Assembly (NCBI GenBank): GCA_944391315.1
Contig: CALXTD010000002.1
Location: 24,573-88,572, forward strand
Length of the DNA: 64,000 nucleotides
From: an uncultured Alphaproteobacteria bacterium
GTDB taxonomy: Bacteria; Pseudomonadota; Alphaproteobacteria; RF32; CAG-239
Direction of reading: 5' to 3'
Made by a program: the position numbers and the translations under genes. Under the pieces are notes generated by a model. That model searched no databases and was not told where the DNA came from. It was given only the letters and a program-made list of their open reading frames with translations. Shown here one piece after another: positions 1-8,116 of this stretch. Every line of letters begins with the position of its first letter. The first letter of the stretch is position 1.

Positions 1-1730
1 AAGACATCTCTGGTTAAACGCGCTAAGCGCAAGCGTGATGAGGCAATTTCAGGACTTTCGGCATTCATAATCGAAGCGGCGTTATAGAAAGTGCTGAAAG
101 TTTGTGCCAAAGTATAAGCATAATCTGAAATAATGCTGGGTTCTTTATCATTATGCGTACGCCAGATGATGGTATTTAACTGTGCTAATTTTAAGGCTAA
201 GTCACGTTCTTCCTTGGTTGTGATAGTGATGGAGCCTTCTTTAATGTTAGCAGTAGCGGCTTTGCGCATGATAGAGTTAATACGTGCGATTGCGTATTGA
301 ATGTAAGGTCCTGTTTTGCCGTCAAATTTTGCAAAATCATCAACTTCGAAAATATAACCAGATGCGGTGTTGTTTTTCAAGTCTTGGAATTTTATGGCGG
401 CAATTGCAATCTCGTCAACCAGATTATCTATATAATTTTGCGCTTCTTCCACAGAGCCAAAGTCTTTTGCAACATCTTCGGCAGTCGGGACAGATTCTTT
501 TACCTTTTCTTTTGATAAGTCAATCAAGGCTTCAAGCTTCATGACACCGCCGTCACGGGTTTTGAAAGGTTTGCCGTCAGGGCCGTTTACCGTACCAAAA
601 CCGATGTGTTGTAATTTTACGTTTTTAACGAGGCCTAATTTTTCTGCGGCTTCAAAGACTTGTTCAAAGTGAAGGGCTTGGCGCTTGTCGGTGAAGTAAA
701 TGATTTCATCGGCGTGCAAATCGTCAACTCTCATTTTTATGGTGGCGATATCGGTAATGTGATAGGTGAAGCCGCCGTCGGTTTTTTGTAAAATGACCGG
801 CGGTTTGGGCTTGTTGCTTTCACCAAGGCGGATGATTACGGCGCCGTCATCTTTTTCCGAAACGCCTTTTTCTTGAGCTAAGTCCATAATCTTATAGCAA
901 GTTTCGTGCGCGTCGCTTTCTCCAAGCCATAAATCAAAATGGACATCAAGCGCGTCAAAGTTTTTCTTGACCGCATCAACTGAAATACGGCGCAAATGCT
1001 GCCACAAAGCGCGATATCCGGGGTGGCCGTCTTGGAATTTTGCGGTGATGATTCTTGCTTGTTGTCTGGCAGCTTCGTCTTCTTTGCAACGCGTGTTAGC
1101 TGCCTTATAAATTTCGGTCAAGTCTTCAACCTTATAGGGAATGCTGTCCGGAAAACCATCTTTCTTATTATCATCAAAAAACGGCCATTCGGGGTGTGCC
1201 AGCATGATTTCTGAAATTATCATACCCATCGGGGTGCCCCAGTCACCTAAGTGGGTGTCAGATATGACCTTATTACCGATAAAACGTTCTAATCTTTGGA
1301 TTGATTCTCCGATAACCGCCGAGCGCAAGTGGCCGACGTGCATATCCTTGGCAACATTCGGGGCGCCAAAGTCCAAAACAACGGTTTTCGGCGTATTTGT
1401 TTTTTCGCAACCGAGGCGTTCGTCTTGGCTCATGTCTTCCATGACGTCGCTTAAGAGTTTGTCGCTAACGCTGAGGTTTATAAAGCCTGGGCCGTCAACC
1501 GAGATTTTGCTGAAAGAAGAATCTTGTTCAAGTTCTGCCGCGATTTGAGAAGCAATTTCACGTGGATTTTTTCTTTCAGACTTGGCTAAAGCCAGAGCTC
1601 CGTTGCACTGAAAGTCGCTCAAGTCAGGGCGGTCAGATGTTTTTACGGTTGCATATTGAGGATTAAGACTTAGTTTTTCAAAAGTTTGTTCTAATTTTTT
1701 ATTTATTTTCTGTTCCAATGTTTGAGTCAT
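1..1730 (-). CDS. argS: arginine--tRNA ligase (open at window edge; only the extreme C-terminus appears to be cut off)
   Basis: It is absent from the ORF track because it runs off the window. Hand translation from the ATG (complement of 1730-1728) gives MTQTLEQKINKK..DLSDFQCNGALALAK..GPGFINLSV..VVLDFGAPNVAKDMHVGHLRSAVIGESI..GDWGTPMG. HVGH is the class I HIGH motif in an ArgRS context. The frame is still open at base 3 (..ASSRLRLARLTRDV). Only the first ~170 codons and the last ~14 were read by hand. Confidence 0.88.
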   Translation of the reverse strand, partial: MTQTLEQKINKKLEQTFEKLSLNPQYATVKTSDRPDLSDFQCNGALALAKSERKNPREIASQIAAELEQDSSFSKISVDGPGFINLSVSDKLLSDVMEDMSQDERLGCEKTNTPKTVVLDFGAPNVAKDMHVGHLRSAVIGESIQRLERFIGNKVISDTHLGDWGTPMGMIISEIMLAHPEWPFFDDNKKDGFPDSIPYKVEDLTEIYKAANTRCKEDEAARQQARIITAKFQDGHPGYRALWQHLRRISVDAVKKNFDALDVHFDLWLGESDAHETCYKIMDLAQEKGVSEKDDGAVIIRLGESNKPKPPVILQKTDGGFTYHITDIATIKMRVDDLHADEIIYFTDKRQALHFEQVFEAAEKLGLVKNVKLQHIGFGTVNGPDGKPFKTRDGGVMKLEALIDLSKEKVKESVPTAEDVAKDFGSVEEAQNYIDNLVDEIAIAAIKFQDLKNNTASGYIFEVDDFAKFDGKTGPYIQYAIARINSIMRKAATANIKEGSITITTKEERDLALKLAQLNTIIWRTHNDKEPSIISDYAYTLAQTFSTFYNAASIMNAESPEIASSRLRLARLTRDV

Positions 1731-2058
1731 CTTTATTCTCTGTTGTTGTTACACAAGTAAAAGTTTTTCGATTGGGGAGGAGGAGTTTACAACTGACGAT
1801 ATCCTCGCTCAAAAATTCGGCGTGATCTCCGGTTTTATACTTTTTGCATTCGTCGTCGGCCATCTGCTGAACGGTTTGCTCATCTGTTATCAGTCCGTTA
1901 TAGCAAATTGACGGATTGGTCGGGGAAGAGCGTCCGACATAAAGATATTGCGGAGGTGCGCCGGCGTTTCGTCGTCGGTCGACATAGGGCTCAAAAATGC
2001 TGCAGGCGCTGAGCCCAAGCATTATTATGGCGCTTATTGTTATTTTTACTCTTGCCAA
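1699..2058 (-). CDS. small lipoprotein, unknown function
   Basis: This is ORF 1699..2127. A lipobox LGLSAC is preceded by a basic/hydrophobic segment (ARVKITISAIIMLGLSAC). The start is placed at TTG 2058 by inference, because the upstream ATG adds a non-signal-like extension. The 3' end overlaps the argS start by 32 nt. Confidence 0.5.
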   Translation of the reverse strand: MARVKITISAIIMLGLSACSIFEPYVDRRRNAGAPPQYLYVGRSSPTNPSICYNGLITDEQTVQQMADDECKKYKTGDHAEFLSEDIVSCKLLLPNRKTFTCVTTTENKDDSNIGTENK

Positions 2059-2101
2059 TTTTAAAATCTCCGCTAAATTATATTCATCTGTTTCTTTATA
2101 T

Positions 2102-2722
2102 ATGAAGATTTTTAAAATGAAAAGCAAAAATGAATATATCGGTGATGATAATTTTGTAAAAATGTTACAGCATTATCATTGTGACTTGCCGCTAGAGGTT
2201 GTTAAAATGCGGTTTATCGGCTCGATTTGCTCGCCAAATTTGGAACTTAGGCCTTCTGATGTGATTTCATCTTTTTGGCCGAAAGGGCAGGCGCCGCGTC
2301 TTGAAACAAAAAATGAGGCAGAGTTGTTTTTTAAGTTTTTTATGGGCTTATGGGATGCTTTGTTTGAGCAGGTAGCTAAAAATCAGGTTAAGCTTAAGGC
2401 TCTAAATGCTGAAAATAAAGAAGAATTATGCTTGGCGTGCCGCTTGCGCTTTGATATGCTCGAATCGGGTTTTTTAGAAGGATTTTGGGGCGGTAAGGAG
2501 GATTTGAAGTTGGCTTCTTATCTCGCTGAGATTGTTGATTCTTTGAGCGATTTGGCCGGTGTTTATGCAAGTTTGTGCAAAAAGCTTGAAAGTGGAGACA
2601 GCATGGCGGCTATTTTGCCGGTTGTTCAGCATAGTGATAAAATGGTGGAAAAAGCGATTGCTTTTCTGATTGAAAACTCAGTATTGCCGCGCATTGATTC
2701 CCTTAAACGCGTTGTAAATTAA
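2102..2722 (+). CDS. hypothetical protein (weak resemblance to UPF0149/YecA-type helical proteins)
   Basis: This is ORF 1997..2722. Its first 35 codons overlap the divergent lipoprotein gene, so an internal ATG (2102 or 2117) is preferred. No diagnostic motif was recognised. Confidence 0.45.
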   Translation: MKIFKMKSKNEYIGDDNFVKMLQHYHCDLPLEVVKMRFIGSICSPNLELRPSDVISSFWPKGQAPRLETKNEAELFFKFFMGLWDALFEQVAKNQVKLKALNAENKEELCLACRLRFDMLESGFLEGFWGGKEDLKLASYLAEIVDSLSDLAGVYASLCKKLESGDSMAAILPVVQHSDKMVEKAIAFLIENSVLPRIDSLKRVVN

Positions 2723-2734
2723 AGGAGAAAAGTT

Positions 2735-3259
2735 ATGGAGCTTATGGAAGGTCTTTTGACCAGACGTTCGGTTCGGAAATTTCAGGATAAACCTATTCCA
2801 AAAGAATTGTTAGAAAAAGTTGTTGAGGCTGGCGAGTATGCTCCGTCGGCGCATAATACGCAGCCTTGGGAGTTTTTGATTATCCAAGATAAGGAAAAAT
2901 TAAAGCATTTTAGAGTTTTACAACGTTCGGCTTTGTTTGCTGAAAATGCGGCGGCGGTGGTTTTGGTTTGTTGCCATGAAGATGTGGCTTTTCACAGAGA
3001 GAAAGAAGGCTGGAGTTATATTGATATTGACGGATCTGCCGCTACAATGAATGTATTGCTTGCTGCTCATGCTTTGGGGCTTGGTGCTTGTTGGTGCGGT
3101 GCAGCGCCGATGGTAGGGCCGATTCATGCTATTAAAGAATATTTTGAATTGCCGGAAAATGTCAGACCTTTTTCAATCGTTGTTCTCGGTTATCCGGCAG
3201 AAGAGCCCAAGCAGCCCGAACGCCACAAAGAAGAACGCGTCCATTGGGAAAAATGGTAA
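2735..3259 (+). CDS. nitroreductase family protein
   Basis: The N-terminal signature TRRSVRKFQDKPIP..APSAHNTQPWEFLII is typical of the FMN nitroreductase fold. The size is 174 aa. Confidence 0.85.
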   Translation: MELMEGLLTRRSVRKFQDKPIPKELLEKVVEAGEYAPSAHNTQPWEFLIIQDKEKLKHFRVLQRSALFAENAAAVVLVCCHEDVAFHREKEGWSYIDIDGSAATMNVLLAAHALGLGACWCGAAPMVGPIHAIKEYFELPENVRPFSIVVLGYPAEEPKQPERHKEERVHWEKW

Positions 3260-3285
3260 GGTTTGCTTTTTTAGTGATACGCTAG

Positions 3286-3318
3286 GCCTTTAGCTTATAA
3301 GTTAAAGGCTTTTTTTTT
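3286..3318 (+). terminator. rho-independent terminator after the nitroreductase gene
   Basis: Hairpin GCCTTTA(3286-3292)/TAAAGGC(3303-3309) is followed by a run of 9 T. Confidence 0.7.
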
Positions 3319-3350
3319 CGAAATAATTCTGCTTTATTTTGAAAATCATC

Positions 3351-3379
3351 TTGAAAACTTGGTGAATTTATGCTATATT
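3351..3379 (+). promoter_or_regulatory. sigma70-type promoter with extended -10 for the Cys-rich protein gene
   Basis: TTGAAA (3351-3356), a 17-nt spacer ending in TGC, then TATATT (3374-3379). It is nearly identical to the promoter of the paralogue at 42092-42120. Confidence 0.6.
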
Positions 3380-3413
3380 AGATTCGTGAAGACAAGCTAA
3401 GAAAGGTGATATT

Positions 3414-4748
3414 ATGTTGAATTCGCGGGAATGTGCGGTTTTGACCGTAATGCTGTCGGCGGCAGGATTGTTGCCGATGAGCGCAATGGCAGATATTTCT
3501 TTTACCGAGGGTGGAGAACGACTTATCAACACACTTCACACACACCTCTATTCTCCGTCCTCGGGCTTGTCTTCTTCTGATGAGATTAAGCTTGCAGCGG
3601 TGTGTTTTATTAATGATACTTCGGCTTGTAGTGGTGAGACGTTTGGCAATACCGAAAACAGTGGTGGAAACAGTGATTCTGGTGGAGCGCCTGATTATGA
3701 TTTGAATGATGCCGAACGTTGCCGCAAAGAAGGTTATACTTTGACTTCTTGTGCAGCCGGAGAAACACCGGAAGGCTTTTGTATTTATAACAGCAATTAC
3801 TTCGCTCGTTGCGTATGCCCATCGGGTTATAAAACTTGTGAACCGCCTTATTACGGTGTCGGACAAGCTTGCGGCAATAAATATGCATCTTGCGAAGAAG
3901 ATACCGAACGTGCTTGTAAAGAACTTGATTCCGAATTCACTGACACTTGTCAAACAGGCTGGAAAGTCGATCCGAATAATGCTTGCGAATACGACCCAAC
4001 TTATGGAAAATGCTGTAACCTTTGCGAAGGTTATGATTATACAACTATTCCGGAAGGGTATATTGCTGACGGTGCCGCTTGTGCGGATTGCAACGGGATA
4101 AGCAAATATAAAATCAAAATTAACCCTTGCGATGGATTCCAAGACTGCGGCGTTATGGGTGGCGATACCGGCGCTAAAACTTGCATGTCCGGTTCGCAAA
4201 TAAAATACGATAACTGCAAACCTTGCCCGAATTTGGGAACTCTAAGTTCTTGTCCGAGCCCTTTTAAATGTACTTATGAAGCATGCTCAAATCGTTACTA
4301 CAAGTCTGGATGTCAGTCCGGTTATACATGGAATGCTTCTAATAAAACCTGCACGCAACAATGCAGTAGTTCCTATAAGTATACTTGTACAGGAAGCTAT
4401 CAAACCGGCGGAAGCGGCACGGCTTGTGGTGGAAAATATACTGCTTGTAAATGTTCAAGTGGATATAGCTGGAATGGTTCTAGTTGTGAGAGAGCAAGTT
4501 ATACAGAAGGGCTGCAAGTTTATTGTACTGAAGCAACTTTAGAACCTTCATATTTGGGACAGCATTTTTATTGTGAAGGTACCAGTGTAGGGTGTTGTTA
4601 TTGTAACGGACGTTATCTCACGCAATACACTGGTTCATCACTTTTTTATTCTAGCGTGTACGTAAATAAAGATTTTGTTTTTGAGCCAGGGTGGTATAGT
4701 GCTAGTAATGGTTATACATGTATTTGTTATTATGACGAATGTTACTAA
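3414..4748 (+). CDS. secreted cysteine-rich modular protein, unknown function (paralogue of 41248..42057)
   Basis: 444 aa with an N-terminal signal-like segment (AVLTVMLSAAGLLPMSAMA). Cys is very abundant, with recurring C-G-x-K-Y-x-x-C and CxC..GY.W motifs. About 65% of positions look identical to the 269-aa protein at 41248..42057 over the shared modules (LHTHLY..DEI.LAAVCF, GYDYTTIP.GYI.DG.AC.DC, NPCDGFQDCG, KYDNCKPCPNLGT). Confidence 0.8.
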   Translation: MLNSRECAVLTVMLSAAGLLPMSAMADISFTEGGERLINTLHTHLYSPSSGLSSSDEIKLAAVCFINDTSACSGETFGNTENSGGNSDSGGAPDYDLNDAERCRKEGYTLTSCAAGETPEGFCIYNSNYFARCVCPSGYKTCEPPYYGVGQACGNKYASCEEDTERACKELDSEFTDTCQTGWKVDPNNACEYDPTYGKCCNLCEGYDYTTIPEGYIADGAACADCNGISKYKIKINPCDGFQDCGVMGGDTGAKTCMSGSQIKYDNCKPCPNLGTLSSCPSPFKCTYEACSNRYYKSGCQSGYTWNASNKTCTQQCSSSYKYTCTGSYQTGGSGTACGGKYTACKCSSGYSWNGSSCERASYTEGLQVYCTEATLEPSYLGQHFYCEGTSVGCCYCNGRYLTQYTGSSLFYSSVYVNKDFVFEPGWYSASNGYTCICYYDECY

Positions 4749-4785
4749 TAAACATTTTTTATAAATTGTAATTTTTTCTATAAGT

Positions 4786-4820
4786 AAAACAACGGTATTG
4801 ATAATCAATGCCGTTGTTTT
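4786..4820. terminator. bidirectional terminator hairpin between convergent genes
   Basis: A 16-bp stem AAAACAACGGTATTGA/TCAATGCCGTTGTTTT (one G-U pair) with a 3-nt loop, flanked by A/T runs. Confidence 0.65.
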
Positions 4821-4840
4821 AGTGGTCTTATTTAAATATT

Positions 4841-5395
4841 TTATAATTCCCAGCTGCGGGAGAATTCTTCGTTCTTGAACAAGGCGGCTAAGCCGGTGAT
4901 TTGTTTTAAACGCAAAATTTCATCTGCGGACATGCCGATATTGCGGGCAATCCAAGCGTCGCTCTTTTCAAGTTCAAGCAGCTCCTTAACAATGTTGCTC
5001 ATCAAGTCAACATTGTGGCTACCGCGGGCGCGGTTGTGACGAATCGTTGAGGCAATTCTTTCGCCTAAGTCTTTATCTATCACAACAACTGGAATTTTGC
5101 CGTTCTCTCTGGCTCTGATGCGGTCCGATATCATCATGGTTGTATAGCGGTGGAATCCGTCAACGATAATGTATTCGTCTTTTTCTTTGTCATGATAGCA
5201 GACAATCGGCTGGGTAAAGCCATCTTCCCAGATGGATGTTTCAAGCAATTTCATCTCAGGTGGGGCTACTCTGTTCGGGTTGTAGTCATTGGCTTTTATT
5301 TTTTCAAGCGGGATGGCCTGAACATTATAAACCGGACTGATAAACTTTTTGCCGTTGTTTGATGCTTCGGCGGTGGTTGATTTTTTTTCTGTCAT
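4841..5395 (-). CDS. ParB/sulfiredoxin-like nuclease-domain protein (IbrB/DndB-like)
   Basis: Motifs IPLEKIKANDYNPNRV, IIVDGFHRY and RHNRARG are typical of ParB N-terminal-like domains. The start is set at ATG 5395, 10 nt after the stop of the upstream gene. The track ORF extends to 5497 but overlaps that gene. Confidence 0.8.
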   Translation of the reverse strand: MTEKKSTTAEASNNGKKFISPVYNVQAIPLEKIKANDYNPNRVAPPEMKLLETSIWEDGFTQPIVCYHDKEKDEYIIVDGFHRYTTMMISDRIRARENGKIPVVVIDKDLGERIASTIRHNRARGSHNVDLMSNIVKELLELEKSDAWIARNIGMSADEILRLKQITGLAALFKNEEFSRSWEL

Positions 5396-5405
5396 CTTGT
5401 TTGCC

Positions 5406-6707
5406 CTATAAGTTACGATATTTGTTGAGTAATTCTTTTTCTCTTTCAGACTGTTTTTTGGTCTGAGCAAAGCCCATGTGTTTGCACAAGTGGTCATTTT
5501 TCAGAATGCAGACTGCCATGCGTTTCCATGACGGAATGTCAATGGTCGACTTGATGTCGTCGGTGCTGTCCGGTGTGCCTAAAAAGCGAACTTGTTCTTT
5601 GACGCTGTGATAAGGGCTTGGGCCGTTGCGGCGAATGTTATAGTTGCAGGCTTCGAGCTCCTGAATCGCTTTTTCATCGACAACGCCGCCTTTGCGCCAC
5701 CAGAATTTGATTGAGGTTTTGAATTTCTCAATATAATTTTTTCTCATCTCATCCGGCAGGGTGGCCAGCAAAAATTTGACGTAAGACCGCCATGTGTGCC
5801 CTTTAGGCAAAGTGATGCGGCGGCTGCCGAGTAATTTTGTGTTGCCATACATGGCGCCGAAGTTTGCACCTTGTACACGGCCGACAACTCTGACCCAAGT
5901 GTCAGGTTCTAATACGCGGTATAGGTTTAAGCCTTCTTTGGCTGCCTCATGAAATGGGCTGGCAACGCGCATTTGGTGAATCGATAATCCTGCTTTATAG
6001 AACAAATCATAAATCTTGTTATAATCGAATCCGTATTTGCCGTTTGCAATCCAGACATCTTTGGTGGTCCAGTCATAAAGCGGGTAGGCGTTATACCAGT
6101 TTTTGCCCATCTTAGTGGTCCACTGCTTATTATCAATTAAGTCTTTGCGCGCATTGGCATAAGCACGGAATCGGTTGAGCGACTCGTCGGCTCTTATGCC
6201 CAGCAGGCAGATTGATTTGCCTTTATGTTGGCGAGAAAACCAGTCTGCAAAATCAGCATAAAGATCCTCTTGAACCATTTTGTATTTGTAAAAATCAAAC
6301 GGGTTGTTATTGAGGTTTATAATATAAGGCATGCTGGGCATTTCTCTGACCCATTTGTCTTTTTCATCCGGATCCCAAGTGTACCAATACATTTGATAGT
6401 TACTGACAGCACAACGTGAGCCCATCGGCAGACATACCCAGTAAGGATCTATACCTTCCAGATTGTTTTCAAACATGCGGGTGACAAACTCGGTGGTTTG
6501 TTTGTATTGTGCTTCAAAATCCTGATGAAAAACGCCTATCTTTCTTTTGATATTATTGCGGCGCTTATAGTCTAATACCAGATTTAGCAACAACCCGCTG
6601 TCTTTACCACCGGAAAAAGAAACATATATATTGTCGAAATTATCGAATATATATTTTATTCTTTCATTTGTTGCTTCATATACACTCTTATCGAGGTATT
6701 TTTTCAT
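5406..6707 (-). CDS. PP-loop ATP pyrophosphatase, PAPS-reductase-like (IbrA/DndC-like)
   Basis: PP-loop motif VSFSGGKDSG lies near the N-terminus, and the 433-aa length includes a long C-terminal extension as in IbrA-type proteins. Start ATG 6707 overlaps the upstream stop as ATGA. Confidence 0.85.
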   Translation of the reverse strand: MKKYLDKSVYEATNERIKYIFDNFDNIYVSFSGGKDSGLLLNLVLDYKRRNNIKRKIGVFHQDFEAQYKQTTEFVTRMFENNLEGIDPYWVCLPMGSRCAVSNYQMYWYTWDPDEKDKWVREMPSMPYIINLNNNPFDFYKYKMVQEDLYADFADWFSRQHKGKSICLLGIRADESLNRFRAYANARKDLIDNKQWTTKMGKNWYNAYPLYDWTTKDVWIANGKYGFDYNKIYDLFYKAGLSIHQMRVASPFHEAAKEGLNLYRVLEPDTWVRVVGRVQGANFGAMYGNTKLLGSRRITLPKGHTWRSYVKFLLATLPDEMRKNYIEKFKTSIKFWWRKGGVVDEKAIQELEACNYNIRRNGPSPYHSVKEQVRFLGTPDSTDDIKSTIDIPSWKRMAVCILKNDHLCKHMGFAQTKKQSEREKELLNKYRNL

Positions 6708-7951
6708 AATCTTAGTGCCTCCTCTTTGGAAATCATGCTGCAAAGGTTACTGACGACGTTTTCTTTCATCAAAAGACTTTGCCTCATCATTTCATCCAGT
6801 CCTGTTTTTACCCACAGATTATATATTTTTATCTCATGCTGCCGGTCATGCTGCGGAAGATTTTTCAAGGCTTGATGCTTGAACTTATAATCAAAGGTTT
6901 GGGAAAAGAATATCACATTATTACAATTCTGCATATTTAACCCTGAATTATCCACACCATATGTGCTAAATAATATATTAGTTTTTTTTTCGAACTCTTT
7001 CAAGGCGCGATTTTTATTTATTTTTCCGGCTAAAACTGAATATTCTCCCGGTTTGAACCAGCCACATTCTTCAAAAAAGTTTATTTCGTCTCTGAATTTT
7101 ACATAAATAACGACTTTTTCTTTTTTTAATTTAATGTCACTCACGAGCTCAAAAAGTTTTTCGACTTTGTTTTGGCAGATGGTGTACATATGTTGGAATC
7201 GGTGGATGATTTCAATAAACGGAGCCTTTGAACGGCGCTCAAGATATAAATTTTTTTCTTCTTGATAGCAGTGTTCTTCTTTTGGTGTGAGATCGCAGTA
7301 AATGTCATAATTTTTGAAATATTCGTGATATTCGGTTTCGTTTTCAAAAATGTAGGGTCTGATTTTTTCTATCAGAGAGACTTCTTGTTCGGGGTATGAC
7401 CATCTTTTGGCTTGCTGAAAAGCGCTTTTTAGCTTTTTTAGGTAGGCGTGATTAAACTGGATTTTGGTCATGTTTAAAATTTGGGGATTGATAAACTGTA
7501 GTTGGGCGTAAAAATCGACCAAACCGCCGGAAACCGGAAGTTCGGTTAAAATCAGTCGATATTTGAACAAAGGGCCGAGTTTTATTAGCTCTTTGGTTCT
7601 TTTGGATTTTGAATTTTTTATAATCAAGCAGTTGTCAACAACGCAGAAGGCTCTTTTATTGGCGACTAAGTCATGAATTTGCAAAAGTGTTAGCGTTGAA
7701 AAAGATGCGCATTCTATCGGAAAGACAAACAGTTTGCTGCGGAAGCCTTCGGAGTATTTGTCTAAGTATTCTTTATAGGTTTTTGAGTGAATAATATGTT
7801 CGCGGCTTATCCAGATGATGCAATCAATTTCTTCCAGTTTTGAATAGATTAAATCAAAGGCAAGTTGGATTCTGTCTTCTTGATTTTTACGATAAATGAT
7901 GCCGGATTTTAGTTTGTCAAGTCGCTCGTAAATAGACATTGGTATTTCCAT
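6704..7951 (-). CDS. SNF2-family-derived protein with degenerate ATPase motifs
   Basis: FCVVDNCLIIKNSKSKRTKELIKL..KYRLILTELPVSGGLVDFYAQLQFINPQIL parallels SNF2 motifs II/III (DEAH.IKN..S....L..L....RL.LTGTP..N...DL......F..P). The C-terminal half (KVVIYVKF..ILFSTYGVDNSGLNMQNCNNVIFF..HQALKNL) parallels Helicase_C. No GxGKT Walker A was found. An AAGGAG RBS precedes ATG 7951. Confidence 0.7.
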   Translation of the reverse strand: MEIPMSIYERLDKLKSGIIYRKNQEDRIQLAFDLIYSKLEEIDCIIWISREHIIHSKTYKEYLDKYSEGFRSKLFVFPIECASFSTLTLLQIHDLVANKRAFCVVDNCLIIKNSKSKRTKELIKLGPLFKYRLILTELPVSGGLVDFYAQLQFINPQILNMTKIQFNHAYLKKLKSAFQQAKRWSYPEQEVSLIEKIRPYIFENETEYHEYFKNYDIYCDLTPKEEHCYQEEKNLYLERRSKAPFIEIIHRFQHMYTICQNKVEKLFELVSDIKLKKEKVVIYVKFRDEINFFEECGWFKPGEYSVLAGKINKNRALKEFEKKTNILFSTYGVDNSGLNMQNCNNVIFFSQTFDYKFKHQALKNLPQHDRQHEIKIYNLWVKTGLDEMMRQSLLMKENVVSNLCSMISKEEALRL

Positions 7952-8116
7952 TTTTTTGCTCCTTTGCTGCGTTTAGCTTTATGTAATCTTTTATATTAGC
8001 AGTTCAAGAGATTAGCATTGTCTAAATTTTGATTTCTTTTTGGATGGCAAAACTTGTTTTTGCGTTGGAGAGAATTATATCTTGTTTGGTATTAATTTAA
8101 TTGATGGAGATGCCTT

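Noticed and set aside
1141-1548. Plus-strand ORFs within the first 1.7 kb (284..544, 996..1214, 1141..1548).
   Set aside because: They are antisense shadows of argS, whose minus-strand translation shows the ArgRS HIGH region.
3378-4199. A 273-aa minus-strand ORF antisense to the Cys-rich protein gene. Similar long antisense ORFs lie at 14422..15192, 17241..17732, 24366..24863, 56397..57236 and 53357..53863.
   Set aside because: They lie entirely inside, and opposite to, genes with clear homology or family signatures. They have odd compositions (R/I/F/N-rich) and no RBS. They are typical shadow ORFs.
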